DNA of 24,211 nucleotides from Polyangium sp. (GTDB lineage Bacteria; Myxococcota_A; Polyangia; Palsa-1104): NCBI GenBank assembly GCA_025450955.1, contig JANWLJ010000243.1, positions 1 to 24,211 of the forward strand, read 5' to 3'. Shown piece by piece: positions 15,513 to 24,211 of this stretch (position 1 is its first letter; each line of letters starts with the position of its first letter). The notes under the pieces were generated by a model. It saw only the letters and a program-made list of their open reading frames with translations, ran no database searches and was not told where the DNA came from. The position numbers and the translations under genes were made by a program.

Positions 15513-15814
15513 TCGGCGTGCAGAAAACCAACTGCGGGGTCGAGTCCCGCCGCCTGGAGTGCGCTCTGGCAGTCCACAGCAAGCAGCAAGTAGCCAAACG
15601 ATAGCATCGCGTTCACCGGAGTCCTGGGCGGCCGTCGCGTCCGCTTATCGAACCTGAGGTCGGCCTTGTCGATCATCTCATCGAACAGGTCGAAGTAGCG
15701 CGCCGCCGCCTCTCCTTCGTACCCGCGCAGGATATCGAGATCCTCCGCGTCGAGCAGCCGATCGCCGAGAGTAGCGAGACGATCTGCCGCCGAGTCGATA
15801 TCCGCAGTTTCTCC
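15510..15814 (-). pseudogene. cas1: Internal fragment of CRISPR-associated Cas1 (type I-C/I-G-like)
   Basis: Reads DLDILRGYEGEAAARYFDLFD...RTRRPPRTPVNAMLSFGYLLL...AAGLDPAVGFLHADR, the hallmark Cas1 motifs. It is truncated at both ends. Confidence 0.88.
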
Positions 15815-17053
15815 GGTGTGGCTCTCATCTGATCACGCGGCCCGCACGGCCCGTCGGAGCGGGCGCAGCGTGAGGGCGATGCCCGGATCCCAGCCGTCGC
15901 TGAGGGCGAGGGCGCGGAGCTGGATGACGTGATTACCGGAGGACTCCTTCCAGCGCGAGCCGGGGCGCTTCATGCGCACGCCCACGAGGCTCTTGCAGGT
16001 GGCCTCGACGTTGCCGCTGCCAATCGGCAGGCCGAGGAGGCGCGCCAGGAAGTAGCCCATGCGTTCGCGCTGGTTCCTCAAGTAGGTGATCGCGTCTCCG
16101 ACGGGGCAGCCGTCGCCGATCCGCAGGTCGCGCTTGCCAGAAGCGCTCAGCTCGCCAAGGATGCGACCGCGCGTTCGCTGTTGCACAAGAGCAGCTTCCA
16201 CCTTTGCACCGCTGGTGCGGGGCCGGACTCGCCGTAGATCACCTGCGCCGCCCGTCCCAGCTTCTCGATTACGTGCCAGAAGTCGACCAACTGGTGCGGC
16301 TCGACCCCGAGACGTTCGGCGTTGAGATGGCTCGCCAGCCGGTCACGCATCTCGGCGGCGCCGTCGGTGAGCAGCACGACCAGGAGGTGGGGCCGCTTTC
16401 GCAAGAGGGCCGCGACGTCGCCGGCCAGCGCGTCGCAGAGCGCCTCGACGTTGCCCTGCGGCATCCGTCCGTAGCGAATCGCGTGCAGCGCCTCGCCTTC
16501 GCGATCGTGCAGCGCACCGTCGCGCAATAGGCCATTCGAAAGGCTCGCGTCACCGGCCGCTTGGCGGCGCCCTCGCGCGGTCGCCCGGCCGGCCGCGCAC
16601 GCGGCTCCTCCATCGGCACGCTCACCCGATCGAGCGATCGAGCGACACGCTCACGCCGCGCGCCTGCCGCGGCACTTGGTAGTCGGCGATGAGCGCGTCC
16701 GCGATATCGGCGTGCTCGCTCGCGTACAGCTCGCCCACCAGATGCGCGACCCGCTCGAAGCTGCACCGCGAGTACGGCAGTCGACCGAGCTGCCGCGCGG
16801 TCTGTTCCGCTTCGCGCGACGTGCCCTGCTGCACCAGAAACGCCATCGCGCGCGCCGCCTCCAGCCAGCCACCGTCGACTGCTCCGGTGCGCAGGCTGAT
16901 GGCGTCGACCACCTTGCCGTTGCGTTCGCTGTCGCGCCGGTAGAGCGCCCGCGCGATCACCACCGGCTCCGCCATCGTGTAGCGACGCCCGAGGCGTTGA
17001 CGCGATGAGAGCGGATGTGGTCCGCCCGCCGGGGTGAACGTCGTGAGAGAAGA
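15815..17053 (-). mobile_element. ISKra4-family (UPF0236-like) transposase pseudogene, multiply frameshifted
   Basis: Three fragments in different frames: VIARALYRR...[19 protein letters not shown]...[11 protein letters not shown] and LPIGSGNVEATCKSLVGVRMKRPGSRW. Putative end ...GAGAGCCACACC at ~15815. Confidence 0.8.
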
Positions 17054-17313
17054 GTGAGCGATCGGCGGTCGGCGCATTGAGGGCAGACGAATAGCGTGAA
17101 TCGGTTTTCATAGAGCGTTTCTCGACGGGAGCGTGACGATCAGGAACTGTCGCTGGCTGGGCGCCAGCGACTCGGCAGCAGCTCGGCGATCTTCGACTGC
17201 GGGTGCGACTGGACGCGGAGCAGCACGTCCTTGAGATATTCGAGCGGATTGACGCCGTGAGATTCGCAGGTCGCGACGAGCGAAGTCCCGCGATGTTCTG
17301 TCCCGCTTCATCG
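17054..17313 (-). mobile_element. Second IS66 right-end remnant
   Basis: Clearly similar, in the same orientation, to the 14717-14975 copy ([10 protein letters not shown], then a frameshift, ...[27 protein letters not shown]). Same terminus GTGAGCGATCGG at 17054. Confidence 0.88.
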
Positions 17314-17490
17314 TCTCGCTCGACTACGCCACTCCGGCCGAACACGAGCGTGCGGCCCGGCTACTGGCCGCGGCATGACACGGGCCCTCGCCGAGATTGA
17401 TTTGGAGGGAATGAACAGAGTACAGAATCGAGATCAGATCGCAGACGTTCTCGACGCAGTCAACCTGTCCACGAAATCGGATCAGGCCCA
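17313..17490 (+). mobile_element. IS3-family right-end remnant
   Basis: [20 protein letters not shown] (stop 17376-17378) resembles an IS3 transposase C-terminus. It is followed by CTGTCCACGAAATCGGATCAGGCCCA, ending in CA like IS3 terminal repeats. Confidence 0.6.
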
Positions 17491-17753
17491 CGACCGCGAT
17501 TTTCCGAACCAAACGCCGCGAATACACTCACAGACAAATTCGCGCGAATTTCGGAAAACGCACTGAGTCGTATTCGATAGTTAGACGGACAATAGCGCTG
17601 CGAATATTGCGCGAAAACCGCCGCAATTATTCGAACTGAATGATTTCAACATTTCAGCTTCGACAAAATCGTTTCTTCATTTGTTTTGCAGTCCAACACA
17701 GCCAAATATCCTGTTTGTGTGCCCGATGAGAGATGTGCTGCCGCTGAACGCTG

Positions 17754-18314
17754 CTAGCCGACTTCTACGACGCCGTGGCGCAACTCGACAGTGAGTCCGT
17801 CTCGCCATCGCCAAGTTTCAATCGGCCACCAGCCATCCACGTCCTGCGGATCGCCGAACGAAGTACGCAACTCGTCCGCCGTAACCCCGAGTGCCGCTAA
17901 CGATTCGACAAACGCCCGCTCGTCATCGGTGCGGTGCGGCAGAGATGGCGGTGTGCCGTCGCGGCGAAAACCCGCCGCGATCTGCCGGCCGGCACAATCA
18001 AAGCGGAAAACGTAGACGTAGCCCGGCCTCGACGATAACGCATAGCCAATGGACGACTCCTCGTGCACGTCGGGCGGACCGAGAGCCTCAACGATCTGTT
18101 CGGCGCTGACGCTCGGCCCAAGGACGCGGCCCGACCAACGTCGACGAACAGCCGCGATCGTGGCTTCGTAGTACTGCTGTGCTCGTTCACGGGCACGCCT
18201 GCCAGGCCCTGCCGCCTCAATAAAGAGCGAGAATTCGTCGCGCGCGTTCAAAGCGCCGCCGCCGCTAATATCCGTTGCTGCGTCATGGCGGCCCGACTGC
18301 TCTCGCGGAGTCAA
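17754..18314 (-). CDS. Hypothetical protein (start uncertain)
   Basis: 186-aa ORF with plausible composition and two similar motifs (SAEQIVEALGPPD, TADELRTSFGDPQ). TTG start with no clear RBS. Confidence 0.5.
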   Translation of the reverse strand: MTPREQSGRHDAATDISGGGALNARDEFSLFIEAAGPGRRARERAQQYYEATIAAVRRRWSGRVLGPSVSAEQIVEALGPPDVHEESSIGYALSSRPGYVYVFRFDCAGRQIAAGFRRDGTPPSLPHRTDDERAFVESLAALGVTADELRTSFGDPQDVDGWWPIETWRWRDGLTVELRHGVVEVG

Positions 18315-18811
18315 CGCGGAGGCCGGTCAGCTCGAGAGCGTCGACGTCGGCACGGCGATCGACAAAGCTGCGCCTCAGATCCAACCGGGTGCTCAAGTCA
18401 TCGTATGGGTGCATCGCGGACCAAATCAGTTTACCTCGACGGCGCTGCGGCTGATCGCTTACCCGATCATTTCCACGGCCAATGGTTCTCGCGCGCAATT
18501 GGGAACGTCGGCTGGGAAGCAATCGCTTGGCGCGCAGAAAGTAGCGCCCTCCTTTGGGCGCGTTGAACGGTAGCGCTCGAGAAAACAATTTGGTGTCGAT
18601 GTCGTGGACGAGCGGCTCGATCGCGGCGACCAACGACGGTGGCGGCGCCGGGAGGTTCCCTTTCGCGCCAAGCGAACGCAACGTGTCCTTGCCGGCCATA
18701 TTGGCGCACAGAACATCGTCGAGTCCCGGCGCAAGAAGTACGATGACGAGGTCGATTCCGTCGAGAACTTCGACGACACGTCCGCAAACCAGGGCATCGG
18801 AGCTAGCGCCG

Positions 18812-20638
18812 TCAATAGGCGCCGATGTTGGGCGGATTGCTATAGGGCGTTCCGTCGAAGTCCGTGGCGAGGCCGGAGATGGCGACGCCGGCTCCGAGCG
18901 CCGGGCTTCCAGTCGACAGGTGATAGTCGAGCAAGTCGAGATCCGATTCCGTCGAGAACGCCGGCTCCACCATCAACTTTGGATCAGAACAGGTTTCGGC
19001 CGTGAACGCGGAAGGGCAAATGCCGCCGCGGAAGTTGTAATAGATGTTGTGGTCGCGTGCCGCCCATATTGTGTTACTGACGCCGGGCCCAAAGTAGAAG
19101 AGTCCCGGCAACTGAGAATCGAACGGACTCGCGTAGCCAATATTGAGGTTGTTCTGATAAATGACCCGCGCCGTCGAACAATCACTCGTCGAGCATCCTA
19201 TGTCGTAGCTCGTCGCGCCATACCCGACGAAAGTGTTGTTTTGGAAAGTATATGTGCCGGTCGGTTTGAGGGTGATCGCGTAGCCGTCGCCAGCCGCCCG
19301 GCAGAATAGGGACAGGCCGGCGTTGTAGTCGGCCGGCGCGCCCGTGATCGGTCCCGACATTCGATTGCAGTTGTGAAGCGCGACATTGTTCCTGAACGTC
19401 ACGCTGTCCATCGCACCCAGTTTGTACTGTTGTCCCATATTCGCGTAAGAATAAGAATTGGTTACGGTAATATTGCTACTCGAGGTATGAAGGAGGTCGA
19501 GGCCGTCCTGAGTATTGTGATTGAAGTCGCAATGGTCGCAGGTGAAATCAAGCGCCGTATTCGGCGTCCCCACGCCATCGCCATAACCAGCGTCGTCCTG
19601 GTCCGAGCAGGAGGCGGCCGGATAGGGGTGCGCGATCGGATATTCCTCGTTGCAGCCGTTCCATTCGATGGTCAGGTAGACGGCGTTCACCGCCGAACCG
19701 GCGGGGCAGGGTGTGCCTGCGCCGTCGTCGAAGTCCCAGCCGGCGCCGCCGTTGTAGGCCATCCGGACGTGGTTGACGTTCACCAAACCACCTATCGGGC
19801 CGATCGCCCCTCGCGACGTGAAACCGTGGATATCCAGGTCAATGAGATCAACGTCCGCGGTTTTGGCATTGGTTACAATCCCCGCGCCTGAATAATCGTC
19901 GAGGGGATAGTTGGTTTGGCACGGTTGTCCCGGGCCGCCGGATCTCGCGCACTGTGAGTGATCAGTCAGCTCGAGACATGCAACGTCGACATGCTGGGTG
20001 TCATCGAGATTGATGACCGCCCCAAGCCCGTAGCCACCGAAGAGTTGCGTTTTTTTCGTGCAGTCGCTGTAGTTGGCGCCGAGGAGCTTGGTATGTACGC
20101 TGGCCGTCCCAGGGGGAATCGGCGGCATGGTGCAGCCAAATGGATCGCCGGGACATTGTCCCCAATAGTCGCCGCTGTTGGGTCCCTTGTAGCCCATCCG
20201 GAACGGCCCGTCCTTGAAGACCACTGTATCGCCCCCGGCGATTCTCCATTTCGGTGTTTCGCCGTAGAGATCGTCGCCCCATAAATAATATGGGTTGCTG
20301 AATGCGCAGGGCATGTGCATGCCCGTCCCCGGATACGGCGCGTCCGTCTTGCCGTCGCACTGAGCCGCGGTGCCGCCGTCCAGGCGCACGTACCACAAAG
20401 TTCCGCTTGGGATGATCATCGCGCCGCTTGGAGGCAGGCCGGGAGGGGAGCCTCCGTCGGTTCCCATGAAAATGGGAGAGCCGTCGGGATTGGGCGCGGC
20501 GTCCGGGTTGCCGGGGCCCGCGTCGGGGCTGTTGGCGGCGCCGTCCTGGTTGAGACTCCCTTTATTGTCACTGCCGGCGCAGCCACTGAGCGCGAGGCCG
20601 ATGATCGCGGCGGCCAAACAGAACCTTGTTCGTCTCAT
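18812..20638 (-). CDS. Secreted lipoprotein with right-handed beta-helix (pectin-lyase-like) repeats and a choice-of-anchor-Q-like C-terminus (608 aa)
   Basis: AGGAGG RBS, lipobox LALSGC and a Pro/Gly/Asp linker. Asn/Gly-rich repeats (NHNTQDGLDLLH, TFRNNVALHN, FQNNTFVG) and a C-terminal DYHLSTGSPALGAG...DFDG...PNIGAY. Confidence 0.8.
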   Translation of the reverse strand: MRRTRFCLAAAIIGLALSGCAGSDNKGSLNQDGAANSPDAGPGNPDAAPNPDGSPIFMGTDGGSPPGLPPSGAMIIPSGTLWYVRLDGGTAAQCDGKTDAPYPGTGMHMPCAFSNPYYLWGDDLYGETPKWRIAGGDTVVFKDGPFRMGYKGPNSGDYWGQCPGDPFGCTMPPIPPGTASVHTKLLGANYSDCTKKTQLFGGYGLGAVINLDDTQHVDVACLELTDHSQCARSGGPGQPCQTNYPLDDYSGAGIVTNAKTADVDLIDLDIHGFTSRGAIGPIGGLVNVNHVRMAYNGGAGWDFDDGAGTPCPAGSAVNAVYLTIEWNGCNEEYPIAHPYPAASCSDQDDAGYGDGVGTPNTALDFTCDHCDFNHNTQDGLDLLHTSSSNITVTNSYSYANMGQQYKLGAMDSVTFRNNVALHNCNRMSGPITGAPADYNAGLSLFCRAAGDGYAITLKPTGTYTFQNNTFVGYGATSYDIGCSTSDCSTARVIYQNNLNIGYASPFDSQLPGLFYFGPGVSNTIWAARDHNIYYNFRGGICPSAFTAETCSDPKLMVEPAFSTESDLDLLDYHLSTGSPALGAGVAISGLATDFDGTPYSNPPNIGAY

Positions 20639-20814
20639 AAGAAGCCTCCTGAAGGTACTTTCCACGCCATCGCGGAATCCGCCCTACCGACACACAGTGT
20701 GTTGGCCGCGTCCCCTTTCAAAATCGCTATCCGATTAGCTTCCGTGCGCAAAAAGAAGGCAACGAACACCGACAAAAATCGGCGAGGAGGAAGGGAACTC
20801 AGACTGATCTGGAC

Positions 20815-23475
20815 TTACACGATAGCCGACAGATAGACGAACCCCTCGGGAACTCGAAGCCGATAGCCGTCTTCACCGAAGTCGATCCCAAGATTGCTGT
20901 TTCGTAGGAGGGTCCGAAGGCGCCGGATGTTCGCCCACAAAGCGGCGTCGTGAATGGCCGGATGGTAGGCTGCGGACCATACCCTTTCGATGACACTCTC
21001 CTTGGTGACGAAACGCCCCGGTCGGTCCGCAAGGACGTACAGCAAACGGCGTAGCACGGGGCGGCGGTCCAAGGATACCCAGCGACGTCCGACCCGCAGT
21101 CGATGGCTGCGTGCATCGATCACCGCGACGGCCTCGTCGAGGTCCGGTGGCGGCTCCAGGACGCAACGACGGGCGGTCGGTGTGACGATTCGGAGCTTGC
21201 CCAGAGCGGCGTCGAACGTCTCGACCAAGCCGAGATCCGCTCCTCCATCCTTAGCTTGGCCTGCCGCCGCCTCAAAGGCCGCTGTCGCTTGCTCAGCGTC
21301 GCCTTCGAGCCGGGCGAGGACAGCTAGCGCGAGATGGCCGAGCGCACGATCGATCGCGTAGTCCGAACCAATCGCAACTTCGGCATTGGCTCCAAGGAGA
21401 GCACGAACCTCCAGGACGTTCCCTTCGCACGCGGCAAAGAGTGTGGCAAGCGCGCGGGAACGAGTAGCTTCTGAACGTTTCCCGTCCACGATCGGGCCGC
21501 CATCCCGCGCGCGGATTTGAGCGACCGGATCGAAAGCCTCCGATCTATCAACTGCGCAAACCACGCTTTCTGCGCCGAGAGATCGAGCGCGCCCGCGGAT
21601 CTCGTTGAGAAGAGAGAGCGCGGCTTTCCGCTGCCCGATGGTTAGTAAGAGCCTACCGCACCATACGCGGGCCCAGAGCTCACCCAGCACGTCGCCGCCG
21701 CGCTCGAACGAGTCCGCGACCGATTCCAACGCGGCCATTGCAGCGGCGCGCTCCCCGCTCTCGTAAGCCAGGAGCGCCCGCATGCTCTTCAGAACAACCC
21801 GTGTGCGTGGGTCGGTGCCACGTTGGAGCACGGCTTCAGCATGCCGCTCCATTTGTTCTGCTTCCTCGAGGCAGCCGCATGCCGCGAAAATCGCTATTCC
21901 CGTCGCTGGTGCGAGCAGCTCCGTCCGTAGAGTGGCCGGTGTCTGGCGGAAGATTCCCAGTGCCCGACGGAGCGGCAGGAGCGCTTCGATGCTCCTTTCG
22001 TCGATCCAGAGGGTAACGGCTTCGCACCAGAGGAGCTCTCCGAGCTCGGCCAGCGTCACCGTCTCCGCAGCAAGCGCCTGCAAGCGCTTGCGCGCAGAAC
22101 TGCCTTGCCCCTGATAGGTCTGAAGAAGAGCGAACGCGATTTGGACCCGCAGTCTCGAGGAGGACGGTAGTTCGGGATCGTTCAGCACCTGTTCGAAGGC
22201 CCTACCAGCAATCGTGATATGGCCGGTGATCATCGCGATCTGCCCGAACCTGAGCAGCAAATCAGGGTTAGGCGTTGCGGCTGATTTGACCAAAACGTGA
22301 AACTCTTCGTACGCGCCGCGGAGGTCGAGCAGGCGACCGAGTGTACGAGCGTGCGCAACCTGGACCTCCAGCCCTCGTCGCTCTGGCGGAATTGCGTCCA
22401 GCGCATGGAGCAATTCGGACGCAGCGCCCTGGCGCACCAACTCGGTGGCATGTGCGAGCAGACACAGGCCGACATCTTCGTAACGACCGAGCGCTGCGAG
22501 GTGCCGACAAGCCTCACGCACCCGCGTGGTCGGGTCGAGGTCCGCCGTTTGAAGGAGCCTGGCCAGCTCGCCATGCAGCGCTTCCCGCTCAGCGGCTGTC
22601 AGGTGATCCCGCAGCGCATCTCGGAAGAGATCATGCATGGCGCAAGTGCTTTCGCCGTCAACGTCCACGATCAATCGCCTTGAGAGCGCGCGCAGAACCT
22701 CGCGTGATGATTCACGTGGCAAGAGAGCCATCACGAGATTCGTCGGCAGCCGGACCTCGGCCAGTGCGATGGCCCCGGCCACGCGCCGCTCGTCGGAGGT
22801 CAGGCTGCACACCGCGGCCGCGATGGGGTCATTCTCGTCGAGATCCCCGGCGTGAGCGCGGCGCAGGAAAAGTGGGCTCCCGTTCGATCGAGCCCACGCG
22901 CGCTCGAACCCGGCAGAAGCTCCATAGAGATCGTCGAGCGCCATCCAGAGCGATCGACCGGCGGCCACATCGAGACCGGAGAGACGCAGCTCGAAACGAT
23001 CGTGCGAATCAGCATCCCGAGCGATCCGCTCGCGAGAGGTAGCGAGCAGCCGCCCGGTTCGGAGGAGCCGGCAGAGTGCTCCGATCAGATTCCGACGATC
23101 CTCGAGGGCTAGCCGGTGCAGGTCGTCGAGGACGAGCATCCCGGATGTGCGGTTGAGCACTTCGGCGAGGTCCGCGATTCGTTCATCGGCGTCGAGCGTC
23201 TCGACGACGGGCTCGTGGGTCAATGCGCGTCGTGCGCCATCGACGGCGATATTCAGCGATTCTCCTTCCACAATTTGACGATAGGCGACCGTCCCATTCC
23301 ATCGCGCCGCCGCAACGTACGCCAGCGCCGACTTGCCGACGCCCGCGACGCCGTAAAGGAGCGAAACAGGCACGCTCGCGATCGACTGTTCGAGACGCGG
23401 GAGTTCGGCTTCCCGCCCGACGAAGACCAGGGTTGCACGGGGGATGCTGGAGCGCACCACGAGGATCGCCGGCAT
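20815..23475 (-). CDS. STAND-type AAA ATPase / TPR-like / C-terminal OmpR-type winged-helix transcriptional regulator (886 aa)
   Basis: FVGREAEL, Walker A GVAGVGKS, Walker B LVLDDLH, and a helical repeat middle. C-terminal RPGRFVTKESVIERVW...ANIRRLRTLL...GYRL. The start at 23475 is inferred. Confidence 0.85.
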   Translation of the reverse strand: MPAILVVRSSIPRATLVFVGREAELPRLEQSIASVPVSLLYGVAGVGKSALAYVAAARWNGTVAYRQIVEGESLNIAVDGARRALTHEPVVETLDADERIADLAEVLNRTSGMLVLDDLHRLALEDRRNLIGALCRLLRTGRLLATSRERIARDADSHDRFELRLSGLDVAAGRSLWMALDDLYGASAGFERAWARSNGSPLFLRRAHAGDLDENDPIAAAVCSLTSDERRVAGAIALAEVRLPTNLVMALLPRESSREVLRALSRRLIVDVDGESTCAMHDLFRDALRDHLTAAEREALHGELARLLQTADLDPTTRVREACRHLAALGRYEDVGLCLLAHATELVRQGAASELLHALDAIPPERRGLEVQVAHARTLGRLLDLRGAYEEFHVLVKSAATPNPDLLLRFGQIAMITGHITIAGRAFEQVLNDPELPSSSRLRVQIAFALLQTYQGQGSSARKRLQALAAETVTLAELGELLWCEAVTLWIDERSIEALLPLRRALGIFRQTPATLRTELLAPATGIAIFAACGCLEEAEQMERHAEAVLQRGTDPRTRVVLKSMRALLAYESGERAAAMAALESVADSFERGGDVLGELWARVWCGRLLLTIGQRKAALSLLNEIRGRARSLGAESVVCAVDRSEAFDPVAQIRARDGGPIVDGKRSEATRSRALATLFAACEGNVLEVRALLGANAEVAIGSDYAIDRALGHLALAVLARLEGDAEQATAAFEAAAGQAKDGGADLGLVETFDAALGKLRIVTPTARRCVLEPPPDLDEAVAVIDARSHRLRVGRRWVSLDRRPVLRRLLYVLADRPGRFVTKESVIERVWSAAYHPAIHDAALWANIRRLRTLLRNSNLGIDFGEDGYRLRVPEGFVYLSAIV

Positions 23476-23663
23476 GGTACTTCGCGTTCGCGCCGCGGTC
23501 AACCGTCTGGCTCGGATAGCCCGGGTCAAACCTCGCCGAAAAGTGTCGGCCCACGGTCCAGGGAAAATGTCCCCCCGATCGAAGTCACGGCAGCGATGCG
23601 GCTGACCTGCCTCCGGAATTTCGATCCAGTTGTTGCTGACGCTGGGAAGTCCGCACAGTCGAC

Positions 23664-24211
23664 CTACGGACACGGCTTTGCTTGCGCGAAACCAACCCGA
23701 CCGTTCTCGCGATCAAAGACGGTGAGATAAGAGCGCATGACAGCGTTGCCCAAGTCGACCAGCCCTCCCAAGCTGGCGTTGGACGCGATCCCCGGGAAAT
23801 AGTAGTAGCCACCTTTGCCATCATGGGCCCAGATCAGATAGGACTCTGTCGCCGGTAGAGAGAGCGCGAAGGGAGGGCTAGCGCCGACCTGAACGATTAA
23901 GGGAGGCAGCAGCAGATCGAGCTGCTCGGGAGAGATGGCGAGAGCCACGACGCTGCTCCCGCTCGCGAGCCAGGTTGCATCGCCGATCTTCTGTTGAAAG
24001 GAGGGAATGGCGGCAATCGTCGACGTTAAAGTCGCGAACGCCGCTGGCGGCACGAACAGCATCGGTCCTCCAGAATCGAGCAACGCCGGCGCTGAATTCA
24101 GCTGCGCGACGACCTCACCACTCGCGCCGCTGACGCTGATGCTGTCGACTGCGACGTAATAACCAAAATGTTGCATCATCGAGGCGAACTGGAGCGGGGA
24201 AGCCGTTTGAG
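23664..24211 (-). CDS. Pepsin-like aspartic protease, C-terminal part (5' end outside the window)
   Basis: YYVAVDSISV, ALLDSG (second catalytic Asp motif) and LGNAVMRSYLTVFDRENGRVGFA. The frame is open to the window edge. Confidence 0.88.
   Translation of the reverse strand, partial: QTASPLQFASMMQHFGYYVAVDSISVSGASGEVVAQLNSAPALLDSGGPMLFVPPAAFATLTSTIAAIPSFQQKIGDATWLASGSSVVALAISPEQLDLLLPPLIVQVGASPPFALSLPATESYLIWAHDGKGGYYYFPGIASNASLGGLVDLGNAVMRSYLTVFDRENGRVGFAQAKPCP

Noticed and set aside
17491-17753. AT-rich stretch with partial palindromes (e.g. GCGAATATTGCGC)
   Set aside because: It looks regulatory, but there is no clean promoter consensus and no correctly oriented downstream gene that I can support.
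18283-18811. ORFs 18283-18699 (-), 18459-18815 (-) and 18604-19005 (+)
   Set aside because: Several overlapping frames are open, none has a recognisable motif or clear RBS, and I cannot tell which, if any, is real.
1-24211. tRNA/rRNA genes, CRISPR array, lanthipeptide dehydratase, radical SAM enzyme
   Set aside because: I looked for them by eye and found no supporting motifs. A tool-based scan could still detect small ncRNAs.

Overview
High-GC bacterial DNA, probably myxobacterial (inferred from protein styles, not proven). Bases 1-14361 hold an apparently near-complete RiPP (ribosomal peptide) gene cluster in two divergent operons. The minus-strand operon starts with three tandem Cys/Ser/Thr-rich precursor peptides (10360-10899; the middle one is missing from the ORF track). 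They share an ELEDR leader motif and an SC(D/N)CTSCSCV core. They are followed by a CIA30-like lipoprotein, a ThiF/E1-like leader-binding protein, two azoline-type YcaO proteins flanking a SagB-type dehydrogenase, an RRE-M50 metalloprotease fusion, an ABC-2-like permease, a thioamide-type YcaO with TfuA, and a membrane-anchored gene running off the window. The plus-strand operon encodes an unusual ThiF/RRE-HD-like(DUF6817-type)-TPR fusion and a JmjC oxygenase. The predicted product is a thioamide- and azol(in)e-containing peptide with a thiopeptide-like core, but no dehydratase or pyridine synthase is visible. Bases ~14700-17490 are mobile-element debris: two IS66 right ends, an ISKra4-like pseudogene, an IS3 end, a cas1 remnant and a LuxR-type tail. 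The right part encodes a hypothetical protein, a beta-helix lipoprotein, a STAND-ATPase/TPR/winged-helix regulator and a partial pepsin-like aspartic protease. No RNA genes or CRISPR array were seen. All family assignments come from motif recognition by eye, not database searches.
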